Made by a program: the position numbers and the translations under genes. A DNA stretch of 64,000 nucleotides from Octopus bimaculoides (lineage: Eukaryota): positions 17,236,487 through 17,300,486 of the forward strand of contig NC_068987.1 of the NCBI RefSeq assembly GCF_001194135.2, written 5' to 3'. Shown in pieces: positions 40,245 to 52,354 of this stretch. Numbering within the stretch: the first letter of the stretch is position 1; each line of letters starts with the position of its first letter. The notes below the pieces were generated by a model. It was not told where the DNA came from. It saw only the letters and a list, made by a program, of their open reading frames with translations, and searched no databases.

Positions 40245-40520
40245 TCAATCATTTGAATGCGATCATGCTGGAGTACCGCGTACACAACCCTAGTACTTAT
40301 TCCATCGATCGATTTTTCCGAATCGCTGAGTTACAAGGACGCAAACACATCAACACCAGTTGTCAAGCGATGATGTTGGATAAAGACAGACACACACACA
40401 CATCCACCCATACCAAACACACACACACACACACACACACACTCAAACACACGTATATATATATACATACACATTCGACGAGCTTCTTTAAGTTTCCCCT
40501 CTTCTAAATCTACTCACATA
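40245..40520 (-). mobile_element. Degenerate SINE family A copy
   Basis: gatcatgctggagtaccgc...agtacttattccatcg...acaccagttgtcaagcg, a (CA) tract, then cgacgagcttctttaagtttcc. Confidence 0.7.
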
Positions 40521-41327
40521 TTTAAAATTGCTATTGTATCTCAATAATTTAGTTATTCAAATGTAAGGTTGTTGTGTTCAGTGGTGAAAGTGTCTTTAGA
40601 AACTCTCTTCTCTGAATTTTGTTTTCAATGAATATCCTCCAGTAATTTCCAGACTTCAGTTAAATTTCCAGCTTCTTCCTCTTTGTCCTTCATCTCATAG
40701 ATCAATAAAACTAACATCAATCATTTACTGAATTTCATATACATCCGAATACATCTCCCACACACAACAATTTCGAATCCTGCAGTTTCAAATCAAATAA
40801 CAAAAATGACGTCACTTAAACGGAATATCGATATAAGTCATTATAATATGTGTCCAAATGTAACTGTGGGTCCAGTTGATCCTATTAATCTGTAGATTGA
40901 TAACCTTTATACAGAATAGAAATATGCTGTTCTTTAATCCATGGTTAACCCTGATTGAGCCGATCTATGATAAAAGGCCTTCGAACTCCAATAATCCATT
41001 CGTATTAATTTTCGCGTATATAAAATATCTAGCACTATACTATTCAATACATATTTATTGTTTCCAAAATCCTCGGGTGTGTGTGCGATTTAAGTGGTGG
41101 TTGGGTTTTATATAATATAGGTCGAGTGAACTTTTATATGCATCGACTTTGGGTCCCAAGGTAAAATATACTTTAAAGTTGTGTGAGAGCGTGCATGAGC
41201 ATTGCAGCAACGATTGCTAACGTTTTCGTATGTTTTGGGGCAATCATTGCACTATCATCTCTTCATTGATATAACCTTCGATATCACGAGGTTATTATTT
41301 GTTCTTCTATAATATTGGTTGACGTTT

Positions 41328-41515
41328 TGGCACAAGGCCAGCAAGTTCGGGAGAGTGGGTACGTCGAATACAGTGCCTAGTTTATCGAACTAGTACCTAG
41401 TTTATCGAACTAGTACCTAGTTTATCGAATCCGATAGGCATGAAAAGCAAACTCAGAAATTAAAGACGGACGAAATGGCATCTGCAAAGTATTTTTCCAG
41501 GCGCGCTAACATGTG
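41328..41515 (-). mobile_element. SINE family B copy with an internal 20-bp tandem triplication
   Basis: ggcacaaggccagcaagttcggg...; unit cctagtttatcgaactagta repeated about 2.7 times at 41376-41429. Confidence 0.7.
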
Positions 41516-41651
41516 TATCACCTCCCCGCCTATTGTGCATGTATGATATTAACTAAACAAAACTTAATGTTTTCACTTTTTTAAGTGTCATCTTTAAAAA
41601 TGAAATATTTTGATTTTTCTTATTTACTTATTATACGGTATGTAGTAAAGG

Positions 41652-41872
41652 TACTGCAGTTACCATGGAGAACAAAATCTGTTAGACTGTTGACTGAATT
41701 GTATATAAAGCTACAACTTTATTAAGTTTGTTCAGATTTACCCCTCTTAGGTACATTTCATTGACACCAGTCAAAAAACTCGAAAGATCGATGCTTGCGG
41801 TTGCTAACAGTTGGCGGCACTGAACGAACCGGGTATTTTCACACCTTTTACCATAAGGGTAACTGCAGTGTA
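41652..41872. mobile_element. Putative Tc1/mariner-type MITE
   Basis: actgcagttacc (41653-41664) and ggtaactgcagt (41858-41869) are exact inverted repeats, extendable by atgg/ccat; TA lies at both ends. Confidence 0.45.
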
Positions 41873-42789
41873 TTTGCTTTTTAGCAGTTGAAATATGTAA
41901 CAGATATATTTCAACTAACCTTAATTCTGCTCATACCTAAACACTGCTTTGCGCCAATGCTTCGTTATATATACATATATGTGTGTGAGTATTTATATAT
42001 ATATATATATATATNNNNNNNNNNNNNNNNNNNNNNNNNNNNNNNNNNNNNNNNNNNNNNNNNNNNNNNNNNNNNATATACGTGTGTGTGCATAGGTGGT
42101 TGTGCATGTGTTTACCCCCACCCACCACTTGGCAACCGGTGCTAGTTTATTTTCGTCCACGTACTATAACTCTTCAAGATGGTGCCCGAGAAAATGGCTG
42201 AAACAAATAAAAAGAAAAATAAAGATATTCACTTATAAACGTTCGTCGATTAGTTTCATCTCAGATTATCCTCATGTGCTTAATTTTTGAATATTTATTA
42301 TAGTTACAGGATGGCTTCAAAACTGCCGATTCAATGTTTTCCGAAGTATGAATTTATGCAGGTATAAGACGTGATGATGGTTGGAGATGATACTGATTGA
42401 AACGAAGCATGTGTATAAATATTAAAACATTAAAGAAAAATTCTGTTTAGTGTTTAACGCCGAGATTAATAATCGAAAAGTGATACAAAGATCAAAAATC
42501 ATATATCTCCGATATTTAGGCATTTAATTACTGGAACTCTTTGCAAAATATTTTACGACGGTTTATTTCGATAATTAAAAGGAAAATATTATAGAAAACA
42601 AAATTAGTAAAAATCAAATGAACTTTACCACGAATGTGATATTTGATAATCATTGAAACCAAGAACTAATCTGCTTAACGTAACTGTCAGCAGTTTGTCC
42701 ACGGATATCGCAGATTATTATCCTCTCTTTCATGCGCCGACAATAGCGAACGGTCCTACAATGCAGGGCTAGGAACCCCTGTTCCAAAC

Positions 42790-43130
42790 AATCTTTAATC
42801 ATATGCTATTTGCTTTTGGCAACAAAACCAACGATAAAATGAATCTAGTTCAGAGTTCTTGGTCCTGTATTAATGTGCGGAAATCTCCAGAATAAAGCAC
42901 ATGACAGGATATGATGCTCAGCACGATAGGATTATGCAGCAAAGCCTATCCTGCATTGAGAAATAACAGAGGAAACGGGTGGATCGTGTGGTGTCTACAA
43001 ATCTCATTTTTTAAGTAGTGCTCACAACATCAGAAGGTTTGAACCCCTATGAGATATTTGGAGCATTCTCTAGCGAGCTGCTATTGAAGTACATGCTCGT
43101 AATCAGTTCCAAATAAAATGCGAACATCTT
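42790..43130 (+). pseudogene. Possible Tc1-like transposase C-terminal relic
   Basis: LNPYE.(frameshift)WSIL*RA resembles the Tc1 SPDLNPIENLW..LKR motif; the rest is poorly conserved. Confidence 0.3.
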
Positions 43131-43639
43131 TAGTTCTAAAGGATGCTTATAAAGGCTATAGATTACGTCTACCATAAATATATATAATGTATTGACAGTG
43201 TATGACGTAATATTTAATGTTGCAAGCTCAGTAATATACTTGATTAAGTTAACAATCATCGTAATGAGAAGCGTAAAGAATTACTAATAGCCATCAAAAA
43301 ATGTTATGGGGAAAATACCTGAATTTGTTATATATATATATATATATATATATATAGATAGATAAATCAACACAATTTTTTACCTCCTATATCTATATCT
43401 ATATCTATCTATCTATCTATATATATATAAGGTAAAAAATTGGGTTGATCTTTTGTTTTAGGCAGATTTGATCTTATTAAACTTAATCAGGGTGAATAGT
43501 CGACAACTAGTTTAACCATCACGAGCTTGACTTTGTAGCTGGTACCACAATTTCGCATATTGTAATAAATAATTATCATGTTATGGGAAGACATAGGTAC
43601 TTTCTTGGCATAAAAATCTTTGATACAGTGGAACATGTG

Positions 43640-43985
43640 TATGTGTTCCACCCCCATCCACCACTTGCCAATCGTTGCTGGTTTGTTTGCGTTCACGTCA
43701 TTTTCGTTTCGGGAAGAGAGACTGATATAAATACCAGACCTAATAGATAAATACTGGTGTCAATGTGTTCGAATATATCTCTTCAACGTGGTGCCCGAGG
43801 TGTTCGTTTCTTAGAGAAAAGTGCTCCAGCAGTAATATTGCGTTCATTTGCAGCATAGTACACTGGAGCAACGTAAAATTAAATACCTTGCTGCAGAACA
43901 CAACACTCCATCCGGTCCAGGGATAGACACCGTGACCTTATGGTTGTAATCTCACCCAACACATTAACCATTCGGCCATGCAGCT
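43640..43985. mobile_element. SINE family A 3' half (+) joined to family D head (-)
   Basis: ccaccacttgccaatcgttgctggtttgtttgcgttc...; cactggagcaacgtaaaattaaataccttgctgcagaacacaac..ccggtccaggga...aaccattcggccatgc. Confidence 0.65.
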
Positions 43986-44544
43986 TCATATGATCTTAGA
44001 ATAGCTCAAAGGGAATATAGAGGATTTAGTGAATGATCTTTGGATATTGTGTTAATTTATAATAATAACTTTGGGAAAATACCCAAGCATGTCTACTCCA
44101 TGAAAAGCAAACAGTGAAATGAACGCTGGAATATTCGATGCCATGAGGTTATTAGATTAAGTTTAATTTGATTCTCTAGTCACAAAGGTTCTATATGTTA
44201 ATAGACGATAAACTGGCCAGTTATTTCGTTCAGATCATTGTATAGATCAGTAGTGATGATGAAGGATTCAATTGCCTAAAGCCGGAAATTAAAGCCGGGT
44301 GGCGGATGTAAGTGGCTCCATGGTAGTCACACGATAATATATTCATATGATTATCCGGTGATGTTAGTACTGTGCAATATAAATCAGCTCTAGCAGAGGA
44401 GAAATGCTGCTACTTTATTTCGTTTATGTTGCTGTTAACCTCCATGATTGAATTTTTCGTTTCTACTTTTCTTTGCATTAATAACAATGCGAGGTTCGTT
44501 GCACTGTAATCGTATATATGTATGAATGTATGCATGTATGTATG

Positions 44545-44576
<32 letters not shown>

Positions 44577-45085
44577 CGTGTGTGTGTGTGTGCGTGTGTG
44601 TGTGTGTATGTGTGTGTGTGTGTCTGAGTGTGTGTGTGTATGTGATTGTGTGTGTTTGTAGAAACCGCTATTTCCCTCTACAAAAATAATTAACTTCGTC
44701 TGCATGTTGAAACCTCAAATCTATCTGGTTTTAGTTTTTCTTTTGAAGTCAATTCATTTTATGCTTTATTAAACGCTATTATGATAAATACCCGCAATGT
44801 AGTCAACAGATATTTGGTTGAAATCGAGATATTCGATTGGTTATATCAGGGTTCGCACATTTGCATAATATGAAGGCATTTAAAGAGTAATTTGAAATTT
44901 GGCGAACCACACAAACATAAAAAAGGGGGTAGGATCAGAAAAGCTTGTATCTCTATTCTTGTATTAAATATTTTTTTCCATTTACTTAACTCAGCTTATT
45001 ATGCAGATGTATTCCTGAACAATTAACGATGGTGCTTTGTGCGTATATTTTTCATTGTTTTCTCTTAATGTGATAACTCTCTCAA

Positions 45086-45225
45086 GGTGGCGAACTGGCA
45101 GAATCACGAACACGCTGCGGAAAATGCTTAGCGGCATTTCGTCCGTCTTTACGTTCAGAGTTCAAATTCTGCCGAGGTCATTGTTTCGTGGTCGAAAAAA
45201 TAAGTACCATTTGAGTACTGGAGAA
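45086..45225 (+). mobile_element. SINE family B copy
   Basis: ggcgaactggcagaatc...aaatgcttagcggcatttcgtccgtctttacgttcagagttcaaattctgccgaggtc (B-box gagttcaaattc). Confidence 0.85.
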
Positions 45226-45469
45226 GAGTATCGAAGATACAAAATGGGGTGTGCCAAGGTTTGCGCTTACCATGTTAGAGTTAATGATATACTTTTTCTC
45301 AAATCCAACATAGGAATTGAAAGAAAAACAGCTATATTCCCGTATGGTTTGGACTGTTTTCGGACAAAGACAGATGAATAACGCTGAAATGCCTCATGCA
45401 TTAATAAATTTTCCTGAATAATTAGTAATATCAACTTCGATATTGTCATCAACATTTTCATCATCGCCT

Positions 45470-45589
45470 TCAGCGTCTTCATCATAGTCCTCATCATCCT
45501 CATCAACATCATCATCATCATCATCCCCGTCGTCGTCGTCGTCATCATCTTCATTATCATCGTCTTCGTCGTCGTCGTCGTCGTCGTCG

Positions 45590-45622
<33 letters not shown>

Positions 45623-45625
45623 ATG
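45470..45625. repeat. Compound (TCA)n/(TCG)n microsatellite
   Basis: Directly visible. Confidence 0.9.
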
Positions 45626-46146
45626 TCAACCAGCAATACCATGCAGACGCTACCACTGTTACTATACAACGATAACCACCAAAAACATCCCCACAAACAT
45701 CAACAGCACCGAAACCACCACCACCATCTCCACAAGCACCACAGTCACCACTACCACCTCCACAAGCACCACAACCACCCCCAATAACATTGTCAGCACG
45801 ACCAGGAGCTCCGCAGTACAATGTAACTTTTTTTCCCCCTAGCATTGATTTTATTGCATAAATTGTGAAGAAAAAAGGAGGTAATTTATAGGAGTGTAGA
45901 GTGTATAAATTACAATACACTTAAATGTACTTTATAAATAATTCATACTAATACGTATTATACAACAGTGTTTCTCACAGACATATGCGCTGTATACATA
46001 CTAAGAACATATATGCCATACATATATAACTACTGGCCGAGTTTATTGGGAAAATTATTAACATCCCCACTCATAAATAAATGTTTGCATTAGAGTAAAT
46101 GATTGAACTGTGTATACAGTCAGATATTTTCCCTGTATAGACATAG

Positions 46147-46310
46147 GGGCAGGCGTGGGTGTGTTGTAAGAAGGTCGTTTCCCAATCACATGCTTCAGGG
46201 TTCAGTCCCACAGCGTGGCACCTTGGATAGGTGCTTTCTGTTATAGCTTCGGGTTGACCAAAGCCTTGCGGGTGTATGTGGAAGACGGAAACTGAAAGAA
46301 GTTTGTCGTT
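46147..46310 (+). mobile_element. SINE family A 5' half running into an N-gap
   Basis: ggggcaggcgtggg..gtaagaagg..gggttcagtcccacagcgtggcaccttgg...gacggaaactgaaagaag followed by (TA)n and the gap. Confidence 0.85.
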
Positions 46311-47230
46311 TATATATATATATATATNNNNNNNNNNNNNNNNNNNNNNNNNNNNNNNNNNNNNNNNNNNNNNNNNNNNNNNNNNNNNNNNNNNNNNNNN
46401 NNNNNNNNNNNNNNNNNNNNNNNNNNNNNNNNNNNNNNNNNNNNNNNNNNNNNNNNNNNNNNNNNNNNNNNNNNNNNNNNNNNNNNNNNNNNNNNNNNNN
46501 NNNNNNNNNNNNNNNNNNNNNNNNNNNNNNNNNNNNNNNNNNNNNNNNNNNNNNNNNNNNNNNNNNNNNNNNNNNNNNNNNNNNNNNNNNNNNNNNNNNN
46601 NNNNNNNNNNNNNNNNNNNNNNNNNNNNNNNNNNNNNNNNNNNNNNNNNNNNNNNNNNNNNNNNNNNNNNNNNNNNNNNNNNNNNNNNNNNNNNNNNNNN
46701 NNNNNNNNNNNNNNNNNNNNNNNNNNNNNNNNNNNNNNNNNNNNNNNNNNNNNNNNNNNNNNNNNNNNNNNNNNNNNNNNNNNNNNNNNNNNNNNNNNNN
46801 NNNNNNNNNNNNNNNNNNNNNNNNNNNNNNNNNNNNNNNNNNNNNNNNNNNNNNNNNNNNNNNNNNNNNNNNNNNNNNNNNNNNNNNNNNNNNNNNNNNN
46901 NNNNNNNNNNNNNNNNNNNNNNNNNNNNNNNNNNNNNNNNNNNNNNNNNNNNNNNNNNNNNNNNNNNNNNNNNNNNNNNNNNNNNNNNNNNNNNNNNNNN
47001 NNNNNNNNNNNNNNNNNNNNNNNNNNNNNNNNNNNNNNNNNNNNNNNNNNNNNNNNNNNNNNNNNNNNNNNNNNNNNNNNNNNNNNNNNNNNNNNNNNNN
47101 NNNNNNNNNNNNNNNNNNNNNNNNNNNNNNNNNNNNNNNNNNNNNNNNNNNNNNNNNNNNNNNNNNNNNNNNNNNNNNNNNNNNNNNNNNNNNNNNNNNN
47201 NNNNNNNNNNNNNNNNNNNNNNNNNNNNNN

Positions 47231-47265
<35 letters not shown>

Positions 47266-48486
47266 TATTTATATCTGTGTGTGTTTGAATGTATTTACAT
47301 ACCTATGTATATGGGTGTGTTCGTGCGTATGTATGTGTATATGTCGGTGTGTACGCATGTATAATTGTGGATGTACGAATGAATGAATGTATATTCGGCA
47401 TTTATGAATATACTTTTACCAATATTTGTATATATATATGTGTGTGTATATATGTGCGTGTCTGTTTGTGTGTCTGTTTTTGTCGGTGTTCGTGTTTGTG
47501 TGTGTGTGTGTATGTGTGTTTGTGTCTGCGTGCTGTGTGTGTGTTTGTGTGTGTGCGTGTATGTGTATACTTTGAAAGATTTGCTTCTGCTGATGTAAAT
47601 TAAAACGTGATGTCTGCTTCACATAACACTTCAATTCAGGCTGTTGCCAGTGACGGTACCTAAGCTTCTGCATATAATTGCCTGTCTCCAATTATAAGTA
47701 AATATCTTCTAAGAGACAAGGATAGAATAAATCTCCTGGAGATATTATTTCAAATAGACTCCCTTAAACCTACTCAGTCAAATGTGATTGCTTATTTATT
47801 GACATTGATTAGAATTTATCGTGTTTTACTGAGATTTTGATGTTGTGTCTGCTTATTTCTAAAATGGTTGAGAAAGTTTGCATCTTGTCGAGCTGAACAT
47901 AAAACCTGTAGAATAAATACCTGTTCTAAAAAAATAATAGGTTAATTTGACGTCAGGCTCAAAACAACACCTTAACAGAAATCATTGAAACCAAATAGAT
48001 ATCAACAATAATGGTCTAGATTCTTCGGTTCATGCTGAAGACACCCACTTAGGTTAATTATTATCTGAAGAACCAAAGATGTTTCTTTTAGCAAGCCAAT
48101 ATTCCTTGGGGCATTATATAGAACTAGAAGCCACAATTTGATATTTAGCGTAAATGCAACTGGTATCCAAGCGGGATTTTCTGCAGTGTGATTTATATCC
48201 CAAATCTGTATACTTGTATCATTGCCTGTTTCCTTATAAATTCGCAAACACGTACTCACATACTTATATATTAAAATATATGCCGCTTAGACAACCGACA
48301 GCTGATGAAGGGTCCTTTCTCTGTGTTATCTTTAGAAGCGTACGTATTTCACTCGTTTTTCTCTCGATTGTTTACATATTTCATGTTATTTGCATATTGT
48401 ATGTATGTATGTACGTCATTTATGTATTATTATTTATTAATATATATATATATATGTATATGCATATAATATGTGGCAATTAATTG

Positions 48487-48613
48487 GTTGTCTTAATAAA
48501 ACTCAGAGTTTCAGATACCGGGGCTGAAGTCTGTTCCGGCATCTCATAATTGATGAGATGCTGCAGCAGACTTCAGCCCCGGTATCTGAAACTCTGAGTT
48601 TTATTATGACAAC
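48487..48613. repeat. 127-bp hairpin (perfect 40-bp outer stem plus 9-bp inner stem)
   Basis: 48494-48533 is the exact reverse complement of 48567-48606; gcatctcat/atgagatgc close a 5-nt loop. Confidence 0.95.
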
Positions 48614-48721
48614 GAACTAATTATCACATGTTATATTTATAGATAAATTCCTCTATTTTATTTAATATCGAGGTGTCATTCGTTCTTTTGTTGTCATATT
48701 ATCATTGTTAATATATGTATA

Positions 48722-48779
<58 letters not shown>

Positions 48780-48836
48780 TTATGATTTTTTGCCAATTTC
48801 CTGATGTGAAATCCTGATTTGGAACAGATGTTATTA

Positions 48837-50106
48837 CATTGGATTGACAAGAAAGTAATTTCATTTTTCGCTGATAGATACAGTTACGAATTTTTTGAAT
48901 GACTTTTGTCAATGTTAGGAATTTTTCCCTTCTGACATTTGACAGCCGTCACTTTTAGCTTACCTTTACAAGCAAATTGCGCGTAATGTTGTTTACAGAT
49001 ATTAGTCCAGTGTCAATTTTAACATGGAGTGCAAAAACGAACATTTTCACCATATTTTGCTTCTTAATTTCCGTAAAGGCAAGAAAGCTGCTGAGGCTCA
49101 CAAAGAGATATGTGAAATTTATGGTGTTGATTGCTTAGCAGAATGCACATGTCAGAAATGGTTTTAAAAATTCCGTTCTGGAAACTTTTCACTCAAAGGT
49201 AGGTAACATTCTCTTCGACCTACTGAAGTTGATGATGACCGAATCAAAACAACTGAATCTGATTATCATATAAATGTGCGAGAGATTGCACAGAGGTTAA
49301 ATGTATCATATACAACAACTGAAAATCACTTAAAATAACTTGGATTCGTTAAGAAGCTCGATATTTGGGTTCCACATAAATTGAAAGAGCTTCACTTAAC
49401 ACAACGAATCAATATTGGTGATATGTATCTCAAACACAACGAAATCGATCTTTTTTAAGTAAATCATCACTGGTGATGAAAAGTGGATTGTCTACAATAA
49501 AATCAATCGAAAACGATCATGGTCCTAGCGTAATGAACCTGTACAAATCACATCGAAATCTGAATTGCATCGAAAAAAGGGAATGCTGTCAATCTGGTGG
49601 GATTACGAAGGTGTTGTGCATTTTGAGCTGCTTCTAAGAAACCAAACAATCAATACAGATGTTTACTGTAAACAGCTAATGAAATTGGAGGAACCAATCA
49701 AAGAAAAATGGCCAGAATTGGCAAATCGTAAAGGAATCATGTTCCACCATCACAACGCTAGTCCACATACATCTCTACTAATTCGTGTATGATTGTTGGA
49801 GCTTGGTTGGGAAGTGATGTCACACCCACCAAATATTTCTCACCTTGCACCGTCAGATTACCATTTATTTCGAAGTTTGCTTCATTCTTTGAATAGTAAA
49901 ACTTTCAATAATGATGATGACCTGAAATCGCACTTGCTGCAGTTTTTGGGTGATAAGGACCAAACGTTCTATGAGCGCGGAATCATGAAGTTGTCAGGAA
50001 AAATGGCAAAAGGTCATCAAACAAAATGGAAAATGTATAACTGATTAAAGCTCTTTCTTAGTATGAAATAAATTACTTTTATTTCAAACTCAAAAACCGA
50101 AATTAC
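48837..50106 (+). mobile_element. Near full-length inactive mariner (DD34D) transposon; transposase pseudogene at 49024-50048
   Basis: MECKNEHFHHILLLNFRKGK..., WVPHKL, IITGDEKW, FHHHNASPH, PPNISHLAPSDYHLF. Left TIR cattggattgacaagaaagtaatttcatttttc follows TA; the inner right TIR aaaaaccgaaattac is at 50092-50106 and its outer part is lost. Several stops and frameshifts. Confidence 0.95.
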
Positions 50107-51112
50107 AAGAATAATAAACGAGTGAAAACGAATATATAATTCAAGTGTCTATTTGGCAAAAAAGAACCCATAAAAATCACAATCCCGCAATATAATAATG
50201 CATATACACCTATCAATATATATATATATAACTGTGTGTTTCTTTTAAGTGTCTGCATGTCTGCTTTAATTTGTGCGTAATTGTACATCGTATTTGTAAA
50301 ATGCTTTTATTTTCTGTAAAATTTAAAGCTCAAAGTTTTACTTACGTTGCAATGTGTATATATCGCTCAAAACCTTTCCAGACTTTGAAGCGAATTCACA
50401 CAATACGCATATACATTCACTCACAGATACACACATACATTCACACACAGAAAGAAATAGAGAATTTAACACATACAAACACACCGGCACATAAACACTT
50501 AAATCCATTATATACTATAAACAAAATATAAGTATCTAATTAATATAAAATATTTTGAAATATGTCTCCGGGAACTAAATATAGATTAGAACATAATTCA
50601 TAAACTGTTCTTGTCGGAATATTTCAGTAACATCACAAAAACATATCATAAAACAGAAAATAAACATCAAAAGCCATAATAATATGAGATCATAAAACGG
50701 GTGTTTCACATGGTTTCAAAACCTTTAATATATATTAACTAGCACGTAAAAAATCCATTAAGATTGTTTAGAATAAACGAAGAAGACATTGACAGAAAAT
50801 AAAACATTGTAAAATTGTGTGCGAGAGGAATGGGCGGTGGGATGAGGGAGAATATGTATATACAACATACATACATGCAGCACCCCCAACACACTTCACA
50901 CGAACATTCATACACACACACACATACACACATTATGCATCATTATACATATAAACACCCCAAAACACAAACATTCACGTATGTGTGTGTATGCCTAAAT
51001 AAATGTAGACACCTTGATTCACAAAATATGTACACAGAACATGGTATACTGCTATTATGCGAAAACTAAAGCACGGAACTTGTATTACATTATACAATAT
51101 AGAGGTAATATG

Positions 51113-51262
51113 AGGCGGCGAGCTGGCAGAAACGTTATCACTGGTGAAACGCAGTATTTCGTGTGTCTTTATCTCCTGAGTTCAAACTACACCGAAATCG
51201 ACTTTGCCTTCCATCCTTTTTGGGGTGGGGGTGGGGGTCGATAAATTAAGTACCAATTGCGT
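51113..51262 (+). mobile_element. SINE family B copy
   Basis: ggcggcgagctggcagaaacgtt...gagttcaaact...gactttgccttccatcc...gggtcgataaattaagtacc. Confidence 0.85.
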
Positions 51263-51846
51263 AAGGATAAAATCTTTATATGATTTTATCAAGCAGTCAG
51301 CATCTAGAAATCGATCTAGAGTTAAACCTCTTCTAAGAAATCTTATTTATTTCATTTTCCTCACTTTCAATCCGTGCTAATGGAGCAAGTAGCTGTAATT
51401 CTTAGATCCATTCGGCGGCTATTTCTAGCATGTGGCACTATTCATTAACACCCTTATTATTATAATTTATATTTATATAAATATACACACGTGTATTAAT
51501 TATTAACTACATGGTTCATTACATGCTGGCTACCTGGTAACATATTACAAAGATATCCTTGATTACTAAATAAATAAATACAAATTGCTCCGACCAGAAA
51601 ATTCACTGCGGTATTATTTTCAGTCGTCTATGCACATGTTGAGATGAATGAATTGGATTTAGCACGTATATAAATGTGAAAATTCGTATATATGATTAAG
51701 GATACGTGATATTCGTATAGGTATATATAGATGTTTATAGTTGTGTACAGCTGGTTATACTATACAGATGAAAGTAGGAAAATTTTACATGTCTAAACTA
51801 GAAATTGATCTATAGTTAAACGTCTTTTAAGAAATCCTACATATTA

Positions 51847-52249
51847 GGCGCAGGAGTGGCTGTGTGGTAAATAGCTTGCTTACCAACCATATGGTTCCAG
51901 GTTCAGTCCCAGGACATGGCACCTTGGGAAAGTGTCTTCTACTATAGCTTCGGGCCGACCAAAGCCTTGTGAGTCGATTTGGTAGACGGAAACTGAAAGA
52001 AGCCCGTCGTATATATGTATATATATTTGTGTGTTTGTGTTTGTGTGTCTGTGTTTATCCCTCCAACATCGATTGACAACCGATGGTGGTGTGTTAACGT
52101 CCCCGTAACTTAGCGGTTCGGCAAAAGAGACCGATTGAATAAGTACTAGGCTTACAAAGAACGAGTCCTGAGGTCGATTTGATCGACTAAAGGCAGTGCT
52201 CCAGCATGGCCGCAGTCAGATGACTGAAACAAGTAAAAGAGTAAAAGAG
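51847..52249 (+). mobile_element. Full-length young SINE family A
   Basis: Colinear with and highly similar to 28659-29080 from ggcgcaggagtggctgtgtgg to gaaacaagtaaaagagtaaaagag. Confidence 0.92.
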
Positions 52250-52297
52250 GATTCACGTTCCTCGATTTCAATCCGTGCTTATGGAGCAAATGTATTT

Positions 52298-52354
<57 letters not shown>

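Noticed and set aside
42365-42415. gtgatgatggttgg...gattgaaac hammerhead-like string
   Set aside because: The core C is missing and stems II and III do not pair convincingly.
45394-45696. Poly-Asp ORF resembling acidic biomineralisation proteins
   Set aside because: It is fully explained by the (TCA/TCG)n repeat; no signal peptide or splice context is evident.
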